From Escherichia coli (GTDB taxonomy: Bacteria > Pseudomonadota > Gammaproteobacteria > Enterobacterales > Enterobacteriaceae), in NCBI RefSeq assembly GCF_003334355.1, contig NZ_QOWP01000009.1: a stretch of 64,000 bases of DNA; one strand, given 5' to 3'. This document shows, one piece after another, positions 25,163-35,548 of the stretch; positions within the stretch are counted from its first letter, which is position 1; the number at the start of each line of letters is the position of its first letter. The notes under the pieces were generated by a model, which searched no databases, was not told where the DNA came from, and was given only the letters and a program-made list of their open reading frames with translations. The position numbers and the translations under genes are program-made.

Positions 25163-25926
25163 GTCAGCCATTATTATCTGTTAACGGTCTGATGATGCGC
25201 TTCGGCGGCCTGCTGGCGGTGAACAACGTCAATCTTGAACTGTACCCGCAGGAAATCGTCTCGTTAATCGGCCCTAACGGTGCCGGAAAAACCACGGTTT
25301 TTAACTGCCTGACCGGTTTCTACAAACCCACCGGCGGCACCATTTTACTGCGCGATCAGCATCTTGAAGGTTTACCGGGGCAGCAAATTGCCCGCATGGG
25401 CGTGGTGCGCACCTTCCAGCATGTGCGTCTGTTCCGTGAAATGACGGTAATTGAAAACCTGCTGGTGGCGCAGCATCAGCAACTGAAAACCGGGCTGTTC
25501 TCTGGCCTGTTGAAAACGCCTTCTTTCCGTCGCGCCCAGAGCGAAGCGCTCGACCGCGCCGCCACCTGGCTTGAGCGCATTGGTTTGCTGGAACACGCCA
25601 ACCGTCAGGCGAGTAACCTGGCCTATGGTGACCAACGCCGTCTGGAGATTGCCCGCTGCATGGTGACGCAGCCGGAGATTTTAATGCTCGACGAACCGGC
25701 GGCAGGTCTTAACCCAAAAGAAACCAAAGAGCTGGATGAGCTGATTGCCGAACTGCGCAATCATCACAACACCACTATCTTGTTGATTGAACACGATATG
25801 AAGCTGGTGATGGGGATTTCAGACCGAATTTATGTGGTCAATCAGGGGACGCCACTGGCAAACGGTACGCCGGAGCAAATCCGTAATAACCCGGACGTGA
25901 TCCGTGCCTATTTAGGTGAGGCATAA
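25159..25926 (+). CDS. livG: Branched-chain amino acid ABC ATP-binding protein LivG
   Basis: 255 aa ORF; Walker [10 protein letters not shown]. Confidence 0.93.
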   Translation: MSQPLLSVNGLMMRFGGLLAVNNVNLELYPQEIVSLIGPNGAGKTTVFNCLTGFYKPTGGTILLRDQHLEGLPGQQIARMGVVRTFQHVRLFREMTVIENLLVAQHQQLKTGLFSGLLKTPSFRRAQSEALDRAATWLERIGLLEHANRQASNLAYGDQRRLEIARCMVTQPEILMLDEPAAGLNPKETKELDELIAELRNHHNTTILLIEHDMKLVMGISDRIYVVNQGTPLANGTPEQIRNNPDVIRAYLGEA

Positions 25927-25927
25927 G

Positions 25928-26641
25928 ATGGAAAAAGTCATGTTGTCCTTTGACAAAGTCAGCGCCCACTACGGCAAAATCCAGGCGCTGCATGAGGTGA
26001 GCTTGCATATCAATCAGGGCGAGATTGTCACGCTGATTGGCGCGAACGGGGCGGGGAAAACCACCTTGCTTGGTACGTTATGCGGCGATCCGCGCGCCAC
26101 CAGCGGGCGAATTGTGTTTGATGATAAAGACATTACCGACTGGCAGACGGCGAAAATCATGCGCGAAGCGGTAGCGATTGTCCCGGAAGGGCGTCGCGTC
26201 TTCTCGCGGATGACGGTGGAAGAGAACCTGGCGATGGGCGGCTTCTTTGCCGAACGTGACCAGTTTCAGGAGCGCATAAAGTGGGTGTATGAACTGTTTC
26301 CACGTCTGCATGAGCGCCGTGTTCAGCGGGCGGGCACCATGTCCGGCGGTGAACAGCAGATGCTGGCGATTGGTCGCGCGCTGATGAGCAATCCGCGTTT
26401 GCTGCTACTTGATGAGCCATCGCTCGGTCTTGCGCCGATTATCATCCAGCAAATTTTCGACACCATCGAGCAGCTGCGCGAGCAGGGGATGACTATCTTC
26501 CTCGTCGAGCAGAACGCCAACCAGGCGCTAAAGCTGGCGGATCGCGGCTACGTGCTGGAAAACGGCCATGTGGTGCTCTCCGATACCGGCGACGCGCTGC
26601 TGGCGAACGAAGCAGTGAGAAGTGCGTATTTAGGCGGGTAA
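25928..26641 (+). CDS. livF: Branched-chain amino acid ABC ATP-binding protein LivF
   Basis: ORF track 25916..26641; start at ATG 25928 (MEKVMLSFDKV...) gives 237 aa; Walker A GANGAGKTT. Confidence 0.92.
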   Translation: MEKVMLSFDKVSAHYGKIQALHEVSLHINQGEIVTLIGANGAGKTTLLGTLCGDPRATSGRIVFDDKDITDWQTAKIMREAVAIVPEGRRVFSRMTVEENLAMGGFFAERDQFQERIKWVYELFPRLHERRVQRAGTMSGGEQQMLAIGRALMSNPRLLLLDEPSLGLAPIIIQQIFDTIEQLREQGMTIFLVEQNANQALKLADRGYVLENGHVVLSDTGDALLANEAVRSAYLGG

Positions 26642-26702
26642 TAACACGTTGATTGATAAGGAGTCAAAAGACTCCTTTGAGACAGGTGACAAATGTAAAA
26701 TT

Positions 26703-26802
26703 GCCTGATGCGCTGCGCTTATCAGGCCTACTGGGTGAGTTGCAATATATTGAATTTGCACGATCTTGTAGGCCGGATAAGGCGTTTACGCCGCATCTGG
26801 CA
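26703..26802. repeat. REP/BIME: two inverted REP units after livF
   Basis: GCCTGATGCGCTGCGCTTATCAGGCCTAC (26703..26731) and TGTAGGCCGGATAAGGCGTTTACGCCGCATCTGGCA (26767..26802). Confidence 0.85.
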
Positions 26803-26901
26803 TGAAACGATGAGTAATCTGTAGAGTTTGATTCAGACCTTCTATTTTTCCGCTTATCCGTGCCCCATCTCCCATTTTCCCTCACCCACGCCGTCACCGC
26901 C

Positions 26902-26919
26902 TTGTCATCTTTCTGACAC
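26902..26919 (+). promoter_or_regulatory. Candidate Pho box in the ugpB promoter region
   Basis: TTGTCATCTTTCTGACAC resembles the direct-repeat CTGTCAT-N4-CTGTCA Pho box; ugp is a known Pho regulon operon. Match is approximate. Confidence 0.4.
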
Positions 26920-27037
26920 CTTACTATCTTATAAATGTAACAAAAAAGTTATTTTTCTGTAATTCGAGCATGTCATGTTACCCCGCGAGCATAAAACGCG
27001 TGAATTCGCGCATTCGGTACAACAAGAGAGATAAACG

Positions 27038-28354
27038 ATGAAACCGTTACATTATACAGCTTCAGCACTGGCGCTCGGACTGGCGTTAATGGGGAATGCA
27101 CAGGCAGTGACGACCATTCCGTTCTGGCATTCTATGGAAGGGGAACTGGGTAAAGAGGTGGATTCTCTGGCCCAGCGTTTTAACGCCGAAAATCCGGATT
27201 ACAAAATTGTACCGACCTATAAAGGCAACTACGAACAGAATTTAAGCGCGGGGATTGCCGCATTTCGTACCGGCAACGCTCCGGCTATTTTGCAGGTTTA
27301 TGAAGTTGGCACCGCCACCATGATGGCATCGAAAGCCATTAAACCGGTATATGACGTGTTTAAAGAGGCGGGGATTCTATTCGATGAGTCGCAGTTTGTG
27401 CCGACGGTTTCCGGTTACTACTCCGACAGCAAAACGGGCCACTTACTCTCCCAGCCATTCAACAGCTCGACCCCCGTTCTCTATTACAACAAAGACGCCT
27501 TCAAGAAAGCAGGATTAGACCCGGAACAACCGCCGAAAACCTGGCAGGATCTGGCGGACTATGCCGCGAAACTGAAAGCCTCCGGTATGAAGTGCGGCTA
27601 CGCCAGCGGCTGGCAGGGCTGGATCCAACTGGAAAACTTTAGCGCCTGGAACGGTCTGCCGTTTGCCAGCAAAAACAACGGCTTTGACGGCACGGACGCG
27701 GTGCTGGAGTTCAACAAGCCGGAGCAGGTGAAACACATCGCCATGCTCGAGGAGATGAACAAGAAGGGCGACTTCAGCTACGTCGGTCGTAAGGATGAAT
27801 CCACCGAGAAGTTCTATAACGGTGATTGCGCGATGACCACCGCCTCTTCCGGTTCTCTTGCCAACATTCGCGAGTACGCCAAATTTAACTACGGCGTAGG
27901 CATGATGCCTTACGACGCCGATGCGAAAGATGCGCCACAAAACGCTATTATCGGCGGAGCCAGCCTGTGGGTGATGCAGGGTAAAGATAAAGAAACGTAT
28001 ACCGGTGTGGCGAAGTTCCTCGATTTCCTCGCGAAGCCAGAAAACGCTGCCGAGTGGCATCAGAAAACCGGTTATCTGCCAATCACCAAAGCAGCGTATG
28101 ACCTGACCCGTGAGCAGGGCTTTTATGAGAAAAACCCAGGGGCGGATACCGCGACGCGTCAGATGCTGAATAAGCCGCCGTTGCCGTTCACCAAAGGGCT
28201 GCGTCTGGGCAACATGCCGCAGATCCGCGTGATTGTGGATGAAGAGCTGGAGAGCGTGTGGACCGGTAAGAAGACACCACAGCAGGCACTGGATACCGCC
28301 GTTGAGCGTGGAAATCAGTTGCTGCGCCGCTTTGAGAAATCGACGAAGTCTTAA
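27038..28354 (+). CDS. ugpB: sn-Glycerol-3-phosphate-binding periplasmic protein UgpB
   Basis: 438 aa ORF with signal peptide ([23 protein letters not shown]); first gene of ugpBAECQ. Confidence 0.94.
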   Translation: MKPLHYTASALALGLALMGNAQAVTTIPFWHSMEGELGKEVDSLAQRFNAENPDYKIVPTYKGNYEQNLSAGIAAFRTGNAPAILQVYEVGTATMMASKAIKPVYDVFKEAGILFDESQFVPTVSGYYSDSKTGHLLSQPFNSSTPVLYYNKDAFKKAGLDPEQPPKTWQDLADYAAKLKASGMKCGYASGWQGWIQLENFSAWNGLPFASKNNGFDGTDAVLEFNKPEQVKHIAMLEEMNKKGDFSYVGRKDESTEKFYNGDCAMTTASSGSLANIREYAKFNYGVGMMPYDADAKDAPQNAIIGGASLWVMQGKDKETYTGVAKFLDFLAKPENAAEWHQKTGYLPITKAAYDLTREQGFYEKNPGADTATRQMLNKPPLPFTKGLRLGNMPQIRVIVDEELESVWTGKKTPQQALDTAVERGNQLLRRFEKSTKS

Positions 28355-28363
28355 TCAGTGTAA

Positions 28364-28431
28364 TGTCGGATGCGTTTCGCTTATCTGACCTGGCATCGCG
28401 TGTAGGCCGGATAAGCGAAGCGCATCCGGCA
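28364..28431. repeat. REP pair between ugpB and ugpA
   Basis: TGTCGGATGCGTTTCGCTTATCTGACCTGG and inverted TGTAGGCCGGATAAGCGAAGCGCATCCGGCA. Confidence 0.8.
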
Positions 28432-28451
28432 CAGTTCAGGAATTAACCGTA

Positions 28452-29339
28452 ATGTCATCATCCCGTCCGGTGTTCCGCTCGCGCTGGCTGCCTTATCTGC
28501 TGGTCGCGCCGCAGCTCATCATCACCGTTATCTTTTTTATCTGGCCTGCGGGCGAAGCGTTGTGGTACTCGCTACAAAGCGTCGATCCGTTTGGTTTCTC
28601 CAGCCAGTTTGTCGGCCTGGATAACTTCGTCACGCTGTTCCATGACAGCTACTATCTCGACTCCTTCTGGACGACGATAAAATTCAGCACCTTTGTCACC
28701 GTCAGCGGTTTGCTGGTATCGCTGTTCTTTGCGGCGCTGGTGGAGTACATCGTGCGCGGCAGCCGTTTCTATCAAACCTTAATGTTGCTGCCTTACGCCG
28801 TGGCTCCCGCCGTTGCCGCCGTATTGTGGATCTTCCTGTTTAACCCCGGTCGCGGGCTGATCACCCATTTTCTCGCGGAGTTCGGCTACGACTGGAACCA
28901 CGCGCAAAACAGCGGTCAGGCAATGTTTCTGGTGGTGTTTGCCTCAGTATGGAAGCAAATCAGCTACAACTTCCTGTTCTTCTATGCCGCGCTGCAATCC
29001 ATTCCCCGTTCGTTGATCGAAGCCGCAGCCATCGACGGTGCAGGCCCAATTCGCCGCTTCTTTAAGATTGCGCTGCCGCTTATCGCTCCGGTGAGTTTCT
29101 TCCTGCTGGTGGTGAACCTGGTGTATGCCTTCTTCGACACCTTCCCGGTGATCGACGCCGCCACGTCCGGCGGGCCGGTTCAGGCCACCACGACGCTGAT
29201 TTATAAGATCTACCGCGAAGGTTTTACCGGACTGGATCTGGCTTCGTCTGCCGCACAGTCGGTGGTGTTGATGTTCCTCGTCATCGTGCTGACGGTGGTG
29301 CAGTTCCGCTATGTTGAAAGCAAGGTGCGTTACCAATGA
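28452..29339 (+). CDS. ugpA: G3P ABC transporter permease UgpA
   Basis: 295 aa hydrophobic ORF; operon context. Confidence 0.93.
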
Positions 29340-30181
29340 TTGAGAACCGTCCGTGGCTGACGATATTCAGCCATACCATGCTGATCCTCGGGATCGCGGT
29401 GATCCTCTTCCCGCTGTACGTGGCGTTTGTCGCGGCGACGCTGGATAAACAGGCCGTCTATGCCGCGCCGATGACGCTCATCCCCGGCACACATCTGCTG
29501 GAAAACATCCACAACATCTGGGTGAACGGGGTAGGCACGAATAGCGCGCCGTTCTGGCGGATGTTGCTTAACAGCTTTGTGATGGCGTTCAGCATTACGC
29601 TCGGCAAAATTACCGTCTCGATGCTCTCGGCATTTGCCATTGTCTGGTTTCGTTTTCCGCTACGTAACCTCTTCTTCTGGATGATTTTTATCACCCTGAT
29701 GCTGCCGGTTGAAGTACGTATCTTCCCGACGGTGGAAGTCATCGCCAACCTGAAGATGCTCGACAGCTACGCCGGTTTAACGCTGCCGCTGATGGCCTCG
29801 GCGACCGCCACGTTTCTGTTTCGCCAGTTCTTTATGACGCTGCCGGATGAACTGGTGGAAGCGGCGCGGATCGACGGCGCGTCACCAATGCGTTTCTTTT
29901 GCGACATCGTTTTTCCGCTCTCCAAAACCAATCTGGCGGCGCTGTTTGTGATCACCTTTATTTACGGCTGGAACCAGTATTTGTGGCCGTTGTTGATTAT
30001 TACCGATGTGGATCTCGGCACCACCGTGGCAGGGATCAAAGGGATGATCGCTACAGGCGAAGGCACCACGGAATGGAACTCAGTGATGGCGGCGATGTTG
30101 TTAACGCTTATCCCTCCGGTGGTGATTGTTTTAGTGATGCAGCGTGCCTTCGTGCGCGGCCTGGTCGATAGTGAGAAATAA
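29336..30181 (+). CDS. ugpE: G3P ABC transporter permease UgpE
   Basis: 281 aa hydrophobic ORF; 4-bp overlap with ugpA. Confidence 0.93.
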
Positions 30182-30182
30182 G

Positions 30183-31253
30183 ATGGCAGGACTGAAATTA
30201 CAGGCAGTAACCAAAAGCTGGGATGGTAAAACCCAGGTCATTAAACCGCTGACCCTTGATGTGGCGGATGGCGAATTTATCGTGATGGTCGGGCCGTCTG
30301 GCTGCGGGAAATCGACGCTGCTGCGCATGGTTGCCGGGCTGGAGCGGGTGACAGAAGGCGATATCTGGATCAACGACCAGCGCGTGACTGAAATGGAGCC
30401 AAAAGATCGCGGGATTGCGATGGTGTTCCAGAACTACGCGCTTTATCCGCATATGAGTGTCGAAGAAAACATGGCGTGGGGGCTGAAAATTCGCGGCATG
30501 GGCAAGCAGCAAATTGCCGAGCGCGTTAAAGAAGCGGCGCGCATTCTGGAGCTGGACGGTCTGCTCAAACGTCGCCCGCGCGAGCTTTCCGGCGGTCAGC
30601 GCCAGCGTGTGGCGATGGGCCGCGCGATTGTGCGCGATCCGGCGGTGTTCCTGTTTGATGAGCCGCTCTCTAACCTCGATGCCAAGCTGCGCGTGCAGAT
30701 GCGTCTTGAACTGCAACAGTTGCACCGTCGCCTGAAAACGACTTCACTCTACGTTACTCACGATCAGGTTGAAGCGATGACGCTCGCCCAGCGAGTAATG
30801 GTGATGAACGGCGGCGTTGCCGAACAGATTGGCACACCAGTTGAAGTCTACGAAAAGCCCGCCAGCCTGTTTGTAGCGAGTTTTATCGGCAGTCCGGCGA
30901 TGAATCTGCTGACAGGCCGCGTGAATAACGAAGGCACGCATTTCGAACTGGACGGCGGTATTGAGCTGCCGCTAAACGGTGGCTACCGTCAGTATGCCGG
31001 GCGTAAAATGACTCTCGGCATTCGCCCGGAACATATTGCGCTAAGCTCGCAGGCAGAAGGCGGCGTACCGCTGGTGATGGACACGCTGGAGATCCTCGGC
31101 GCAGATAACCTGGCGCACGGACGCTGGGGCGAGCAGAAGCTGGTGGTGCGACTGGCGCATCAGGAGCGCCCGACGGCAGGCAGCACGCTGTGGCTGCATC
31201 TGGCGGAAAATCAGCTGCATCTTTTTGATGGTGAAACAGGACAACGAGTATGA
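30183..31253 (+). CDS. ugpC: G3P ABC transporter ATP-binding protein UgpC
   Basis: ORF track 30144..31253; start at ATG 30183 ([12 protein letters not shown]...) gives 356 aa; Walker [18 protein letters not shown] signature. Confidence 0.93.
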   Translation: MAGLKLQAVTKSWDGKTQVIKPLTLDVADGEFIVMVGPSGCGKSTLLRMVAGLERVTEGDIWINDQRVTEMEPKDRGIAMVFQNYALYPHMSVEENMAWGLKIRGMGKQQIAERVKEAARILELDGLLKRRPRELSGGQRQRVAMGRAIVRDPAVFLFDEPLSNLDAKLRVQMRLELQQLHRRLKTTSLYVTHDQVEAMTLAQRVMVMNGGVAEQIGTPVEVYEKPASLFVASFIGSPAMNLLTGRVNNEGTHFELDGGIELPLNGGYRQYAGRKMTLGIRPEHIALSSQAEGGVPLVMDTLEILGADNLAHGRWGEQKLVVRLAHQERPTAGSTLWLHLAENQLHLFDGETGQRV

Positions 31254-31993
31254 GTAACTGGCCTTATCCCCGCATCGTCGCTCATCGTGGCGGCGGTAAG
31301 CTGGCCCCGGAAAACACCCTGGCGGCAATCGACGTCGGGGCAAAATACGGTCATAAGATGATCGAATTTGACGCGAAGTTATCGAAAGATGGCGAGATCT
31401 TCCTGCTCCATGACGACAATCTCGAACGCACCAGCAACGGCTGGGGCGTCGCGGGTGAACTGAACTGGCAGGATTTACTGCGCGTGGATGCGGGCAGTTG
31501 GTACAGCAAAGCGTTTAAAGGTGAGCCGCTGCCGTTGCTTTCGCAGGTGGCGGAACGCTGTCGTGAACACGGGATGATGGCGAATATCGAAATCAAACCC
31601 ACCACTGGCACTGGACCATTAACGGGCAAAATGGTGGCGCTGGCGGCACGCCAACTGTGGGCCGGTATGACGCCGCCGCTGCTGTCATCGTTTGAGATTG
31701 ATGCTTTAGAAGCCGCACAACAGGCAGTACCGGAACTGCCGCGCGGTTTGTTGCTGGATGAGTGGCGCGACGACTGGCGCGAACTGACCGCGCGGCTGGG
31801 CTGCGTCTCTATTCATCTCAATCATAAGTTACTCGATAAAGTGCGAGTGATGCAGTTGAAAGACGCCGGACTGCGGATTCTGGTTTATACCGTCAATAAA
31901 CCCCAGCGCGCGGCAGAGTTGCTGCGCTGGGGCGTGGATTGCATCTGTACCGATGCGATTGACGTGATTGGTCCGAACTTTACGGCCCAATAG
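31250..31993 (+). CDS. ugpQ: Glycerophosphodiester phosphodiesterase UgpQ
   Basis: 247 aa ORF; GDPD family pattern; last gene of the ugp operon. Confidence 0.93.
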
Positions 31994-32420
31994 TTTTCAA
32001 CGGAATGTCAGGCTGCGGCGTGCTGGGCTGATTCAGCATGTCGCCGTTTCTCCTCTCCGGCAGCATATGCTGCTGATTCAACGAACTATCCGGATTACGG
32101 TTGCTGTTTAACATCCCGCCGTTGGTGTTGGGCAGCATTTGCTGCCGGGCGGGATTTCGCTCCCCCGGCTGTGACTGCAACACCCGCTGAGAATTATTGT
32201 TTATCTGGTTTTCTAAATGCTGCTGTTGCAACTGAGTTTGCGTTTTCAGTTGCTGATTCAGCATCCCTTTTTGCTGGATTTGCTGCGTTTGCATCTGGGT
32301 TTGCATCCGCTGCTGGCTGGGTATCTGATACCCCGGCTGGTTAGGGTTGTTCAGAGTATTAATGGGCTGTGCAAAGCCGACAAACGGCAGGAGTGCCGTA
32401 AGAATCAGAAGTCGTTTCAT
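31980..32420 (-). CDS. yhhA: Secreted Gln-rich protein YhhA (DUF2756)
   Basis: 146 aa ORF with signal peptide and Q-rich low-complexity repeats; 3' end overlaps ugpQ by 14 bp. Confidence 0.8.
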
Positions 32421-32539
32421 CGCGTATCCTCCTCTGAAGATATCCTTTAAGTTTACTCGCTTCCCGACAAAACGATGATTAATTCAGAGTTATATACCAG
32501 GCTTAGCTGGGGTTGCCCCTTAATCTCTGGAGAATAACG

Positions 32540-34282
32540 ATGATAAAACCGACGTTTTTACGCCGGGTGGCCATTGCTGCTCTGCTCTCAGGAAGTTGTT
32601 TTAGCGCCGCCGCCGCGCCTCCTGCGCCGCCCGTCTCGTATGGTGTGGAGGAAGATGTCTTCCACCCGGTACGCGCGAAACAGGGAATGGTAGCGTCTGT
32701 GGACGCCACTGCCACTCAGGTGGGGGTGGATATCCTCAAGGAGGGCGGGAATGCCGTTGATGCCGCCGTGGCGGTGGGCTACGCGCTGGCGGTAACGCAT
32801 CCGCAGGCAGGGAATCTGGGCGGTGGTGGTTTTATGTTAATCCGCTCGAAAAATGGCAATACCACGGCTATCGATTTCCGCGAAATGGCACCCGCCAAAG
32901 CGACCCGCGATATGTTCCTCGATGATCAGGGCAACCCGGACAGCAAAAAATCACTCACTTCGCATCTGGCTTCCGGCACACCGGGTACGGTAGCAGGTTT
33001 CTCGCTGGCGCTGGATAAATACGGCACCATGCCGCTGAACAAAGTCGTGCAGCCCGCGTTTAAACTGGCACGCGATGGTTTTATCGTTAACGACGCGCTG
33101 GCTGACGATCTCAAAACCTACGGTAGCGAAGTGTTGCCGAATCACGAAAACAGTAAAGCTATCTTCTGGAAAGAGGGCGAGCCGCTGAAAAAGGGCGACA
33201 CGCTGGTGCAGGCGAACCTGGCAAAGAGCCTGGAGATGATTGCTGAAAACGGCCCGGACGAATTCTATAAAGGCACGATTGCGGAACAGATCGCCCAGGA
33301 GATGCAGAAAAACGGTGGCTTGATCACTAAAGAAGATTTAGCGGCCTATAAAGCGGTCGAACGCACTCCGATAAGCGGCGATTATCGCGGGTATCAGGTT
33401 TACTCCATGCCACCGCCATCCTCCGGCGGGATCCATATCGTACAAATCCTCAATATTCTGGAAAACTTCGATATGAAGAAATACGGCTTTGGCAGCGCCG
33501 ATGCGATGCAAATCATGGCAGAAGCGGAGAAATACGCCTACGCCGACCGCTCGGAATATCTTGGCGACCCGGATTTTGTCAAAGTCCCGTGGCAGGCACT
33601 GACCAATAAAGCCTATGCCAAATCCATTGCCGATCAAATTGATATCAACAAAGCGAAGCCGTCCAGTGAGATTCGCCCTGGCAAGCTTGCGCCTTATGAG
33701 AGTAATCAAACTACCCATTACTCTGTAGTGGATAAAGACGGTAACGCGGTGGCGGTGACCTATACGCTGAACACCACCTTCGGTACGGGTATTGTCGCGG
33801 GCGAGAGCGGTATTCTGCTTAATAACCAGATGGATGATTTCTCCGCCAAACCGGGCGTACCGAACGTTTACGGGCTGGTGGGCGGTGATGCCAACGCCGT
33901 CGGGCCGAACAAACGCCCGCTGTCGTCGATGTCGCCGACCATTGTGGTGAAAGACGGTAAAACCTGGCTGGTTACCGGTAGCCCAGGCGGTAGCCGGATC
34001 ATCACTACAGTGCTGCAAATGGTGGTGAATAGCATCGATTATGGCATGAACGTCGCCGAAGCGACCAATGCGCCGCGTTTCCACCATCAGTGGTTGCCGG
34101 ACGAGCTGCGTGTCGAAAAAGGGTTTAGCCCGGATACGCTCAAGCTGCTGGAAGCAAAAGGTCAGAAAGTGGCGCTGAAAGAGGCGATGGGCAGTACACA
34201 AAGCATTATGGTTGGGCCGGACGGTGAGTTGTACGGCGCATCCGACCCGCGCTCGGTGGATGATTTAACGGCGGGGTACTAA
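32540..34282 (+). CDS. ggt: Gamma-glutamyltranspeptidase Ggt
   Basis: ORF track 32513..34282; start at ATG 32540 (MIKPTFLRRVAIAALLSGSCFSAAAA signal peptide) gives 580 aa; autocatalytic-site context (NQTTHYSVVDKDGNAVAVT). Confidence 0.94.
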   Translation: MIKPTFLRRVAIAALLSGSCFSAAAAPPAPPVSYGVEEDVFHPVRAKQGMVASVDATATQVGVDILKEGGNAVDAAVAVGYALAVTHPQAGNLGGGGFMLIRSKNGNTTAIDFREMAPAKATRDMFLDDQGNPDSKKSLTSHLASGTPGTVAGFSLALDKYGTMPLNKVVQPAFKLARDGFIVNDALADDLKTYGSEVLPNHENSKAIFWKEGEPLKKGDTLVQANLAKSLEMIAENGPDEFYKGTIAEQIAQEMQKNGGLITKEDLAAYKAVERTPISGDYRGYQVYSMPPPSSGGIHIVQILNILENFDMKKYGFGSADAMQIMAEAEKYAYADRSEYLGDPDFVKVPWQALTNKAYAKSIADQIDINKAKPSSEIRPGKLAPYESNQTTHYSVVDKDGNAVAVTYTLNTTFGTGIVAGESGILLNNQMDDFSAKPGVPNVYGLVGGDANAVGPNKRPLSSMSPTIVVKDGKTWLVTGSPGGSRIITTVLQMVVNSIDYGMNVAEATNAPRFHHQWLPDELRVEKGFSPDTLKLLEAKGQKVALKEAMGSTQSIMVGPDGELYGASDPRSVDDLTAGY

Positions 34283-34290
34283 GGTTAGCG

Positions 34291-34319
34291 GCCCTCTTCG
34301 TGGGAAGAGGGCTATTTTG
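34291..34319. terminator. Rho-independent terminator after ggt (possibly bidirectional with yrhB)
   Basis: Perfect 9-bp stem GCCCTCTTC-GTGG-GAAGAGGGC followed by TATTTT, between convergent ggt and yrhB. Confidence 0.75.
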
Positions 34320-34604
34320 TCAGGGCAAGCCGAAGGTAGCCTTTTTTATTTCGTAATCCTGTAGATATTCTTCCAGCGGCTTTGCCGTTCCCAGAGAATG
34401 AATTTCACCACTGTCTTTATCAATAATAAAAGGTGCGTTACCAGCTAAGCGCGCGGCCTCATCTCCAGTTTCGAGAAATTCTCGTGCTTCGAAACAGAAA
34501 TACCAGCCCTGGCTAAAGCGTCCATGTAGAGTAATGACGACCGGGAGATCTGCATCATCAAGGTAATGGTTCGCTTTCGCGAATGCGTCGTGATAAGTAA
34601 TCAT
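34320..34604 (-). CDS. yrhB: Small heat-stable protein YrhB
   Basis: 94 aa ORF (MITYHDAFAKANHYLDDADL...); position matches YrhB. Confidence 0.85.
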   Translation of the reverse strand: MITYHDAFAKANHYLDDADLPVVITLHGRFSQGWYFCFEAREFLETGDEAARLAGNAPFIIDKDSGEIHSLGTAKPLEEYLQDYEIKKATFGLP

Positions 34605-35053
34605 AATTATAATAAATATTATTGTTGAGTGTTATATTATTATTCCTGTGTGATACATTGAGCAAAGACGCGTTCATCTTCGTCAAAGATATTATTAAAT
34701 GCTGGTTTTGAAAAAAGTTCATCGGATAAGATATAGTCACGAAATAAGTATCTGCTAATATTTTATGATTTCTTTTTCAGAACGTCGAACGGGATTTTCT
34801 TATTTAAGATATCAGAATCTTATGATTCGGGTAAAATTCTAAATAAATCAACATGTCATTAAAATCATCATAGCCATTAGCTATTTCGACTAAAATAGAG
34901 ACTACATGTCTTCGGTCCATCTCACTTAAGGAGTGTAGTTCCGTTGTAAGTTTTTCCATAGCTTGCACTGCTAAATTTCGAACAAGGAATTTTCTGCTGG
35001 TAATCTCTAAAAAGATGGCATGGTTTACAATGATTTTTGTTTCCTTTTGATTA

Positions 35054-35548
35054 TTATGAACAACTGTCCATGATTTCGTTTAAGAATGAAGAGAAATCAC
35101 TAAACGAACTGAATATATTTTCTGTGCCGATATTATCTCTAATTTCAAAAAAGTTACTTTTAATGTCATAAGTAAATATTGAAATGCTATCATCCCCGAT
35201 CACTAACCGTTCTTGTAGATCAGGGTTTATGAAATCATCATTATTTCTATAAAATTCATTTACGGCAAAAAGGTTTTTAACTGAAGGTTCTGGAATCGAG
35301 AGGCTAAATAATCGTAATCCATTAACTTCGAATCCATCCATTGCTCTTAAAAAAGTAAGATAATCAGGTTGATTCTTAAAAAGAATACTAACTTCATTAC
35401 ATAACTTCTCCAGGCAATTAGTTGAATTAGAATTAAATTCTATTTGGATTATACTTTCAATAAATGATTCCTTGAGCGGTGCTTCAAATGGATAGTCTAA
35501 ATCATTCATCATTTTTATTAATTTATTTATTTGGGTTTTAGTCATCAT
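35054..35548 (-). CDS. yrhA: Putative immunity protein for the YhhZ nuclease toxin (intact YrhA-like, 164 aa)
   Basis: 164 aa acidic ORF immediately downstream of yhhZ with ATGA start/stop overlap (35545..35548); AT-rich; position matches yrhA. Immunity role is inferred from the gene arrangement. Confidence 0.7.
   Translation of the reverse strand: MMTKTQINKLIKMMNDLDYPFEAPLKESFIESIIQIEFNSNSTNCLEKLCNEVSILFKNQPDYLTFLRAMDGFEVNGLRLFSLSIPEPSVKNLFAVNEFYRNNDDFINPDLQERLVIGDDSISIFTYDIKSNFFEIRDNIGTENIFSSFSDFSSFLNEIMDSCS

Noticed and set aside
33338-34201. 287-aa ORF on the minus strand inside ggt
   Set aside because: Lies entirely antisense within a well-supported conserved gene; His/Arg-rich composition typical of shadow ORFs in GC-rich coding sequence.
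34558-34740. 60-aa ORF overlapping the yrhB start in another frame
   Set aside because: Asn/Ile-rich low-complexity translation of AT-rich DNA; overlaps the well-supported yrhB; no ribosome-binding site.
34605-35053. Expected IS1 insertion at the yrhA locus (as I recall for K-12)
   Set aside because: No IS1-like terminal inverted repeats or insA/insB ORFs are present; the interval is too short (about 450 bp) and yrhA is intact, so no mobile element is called.
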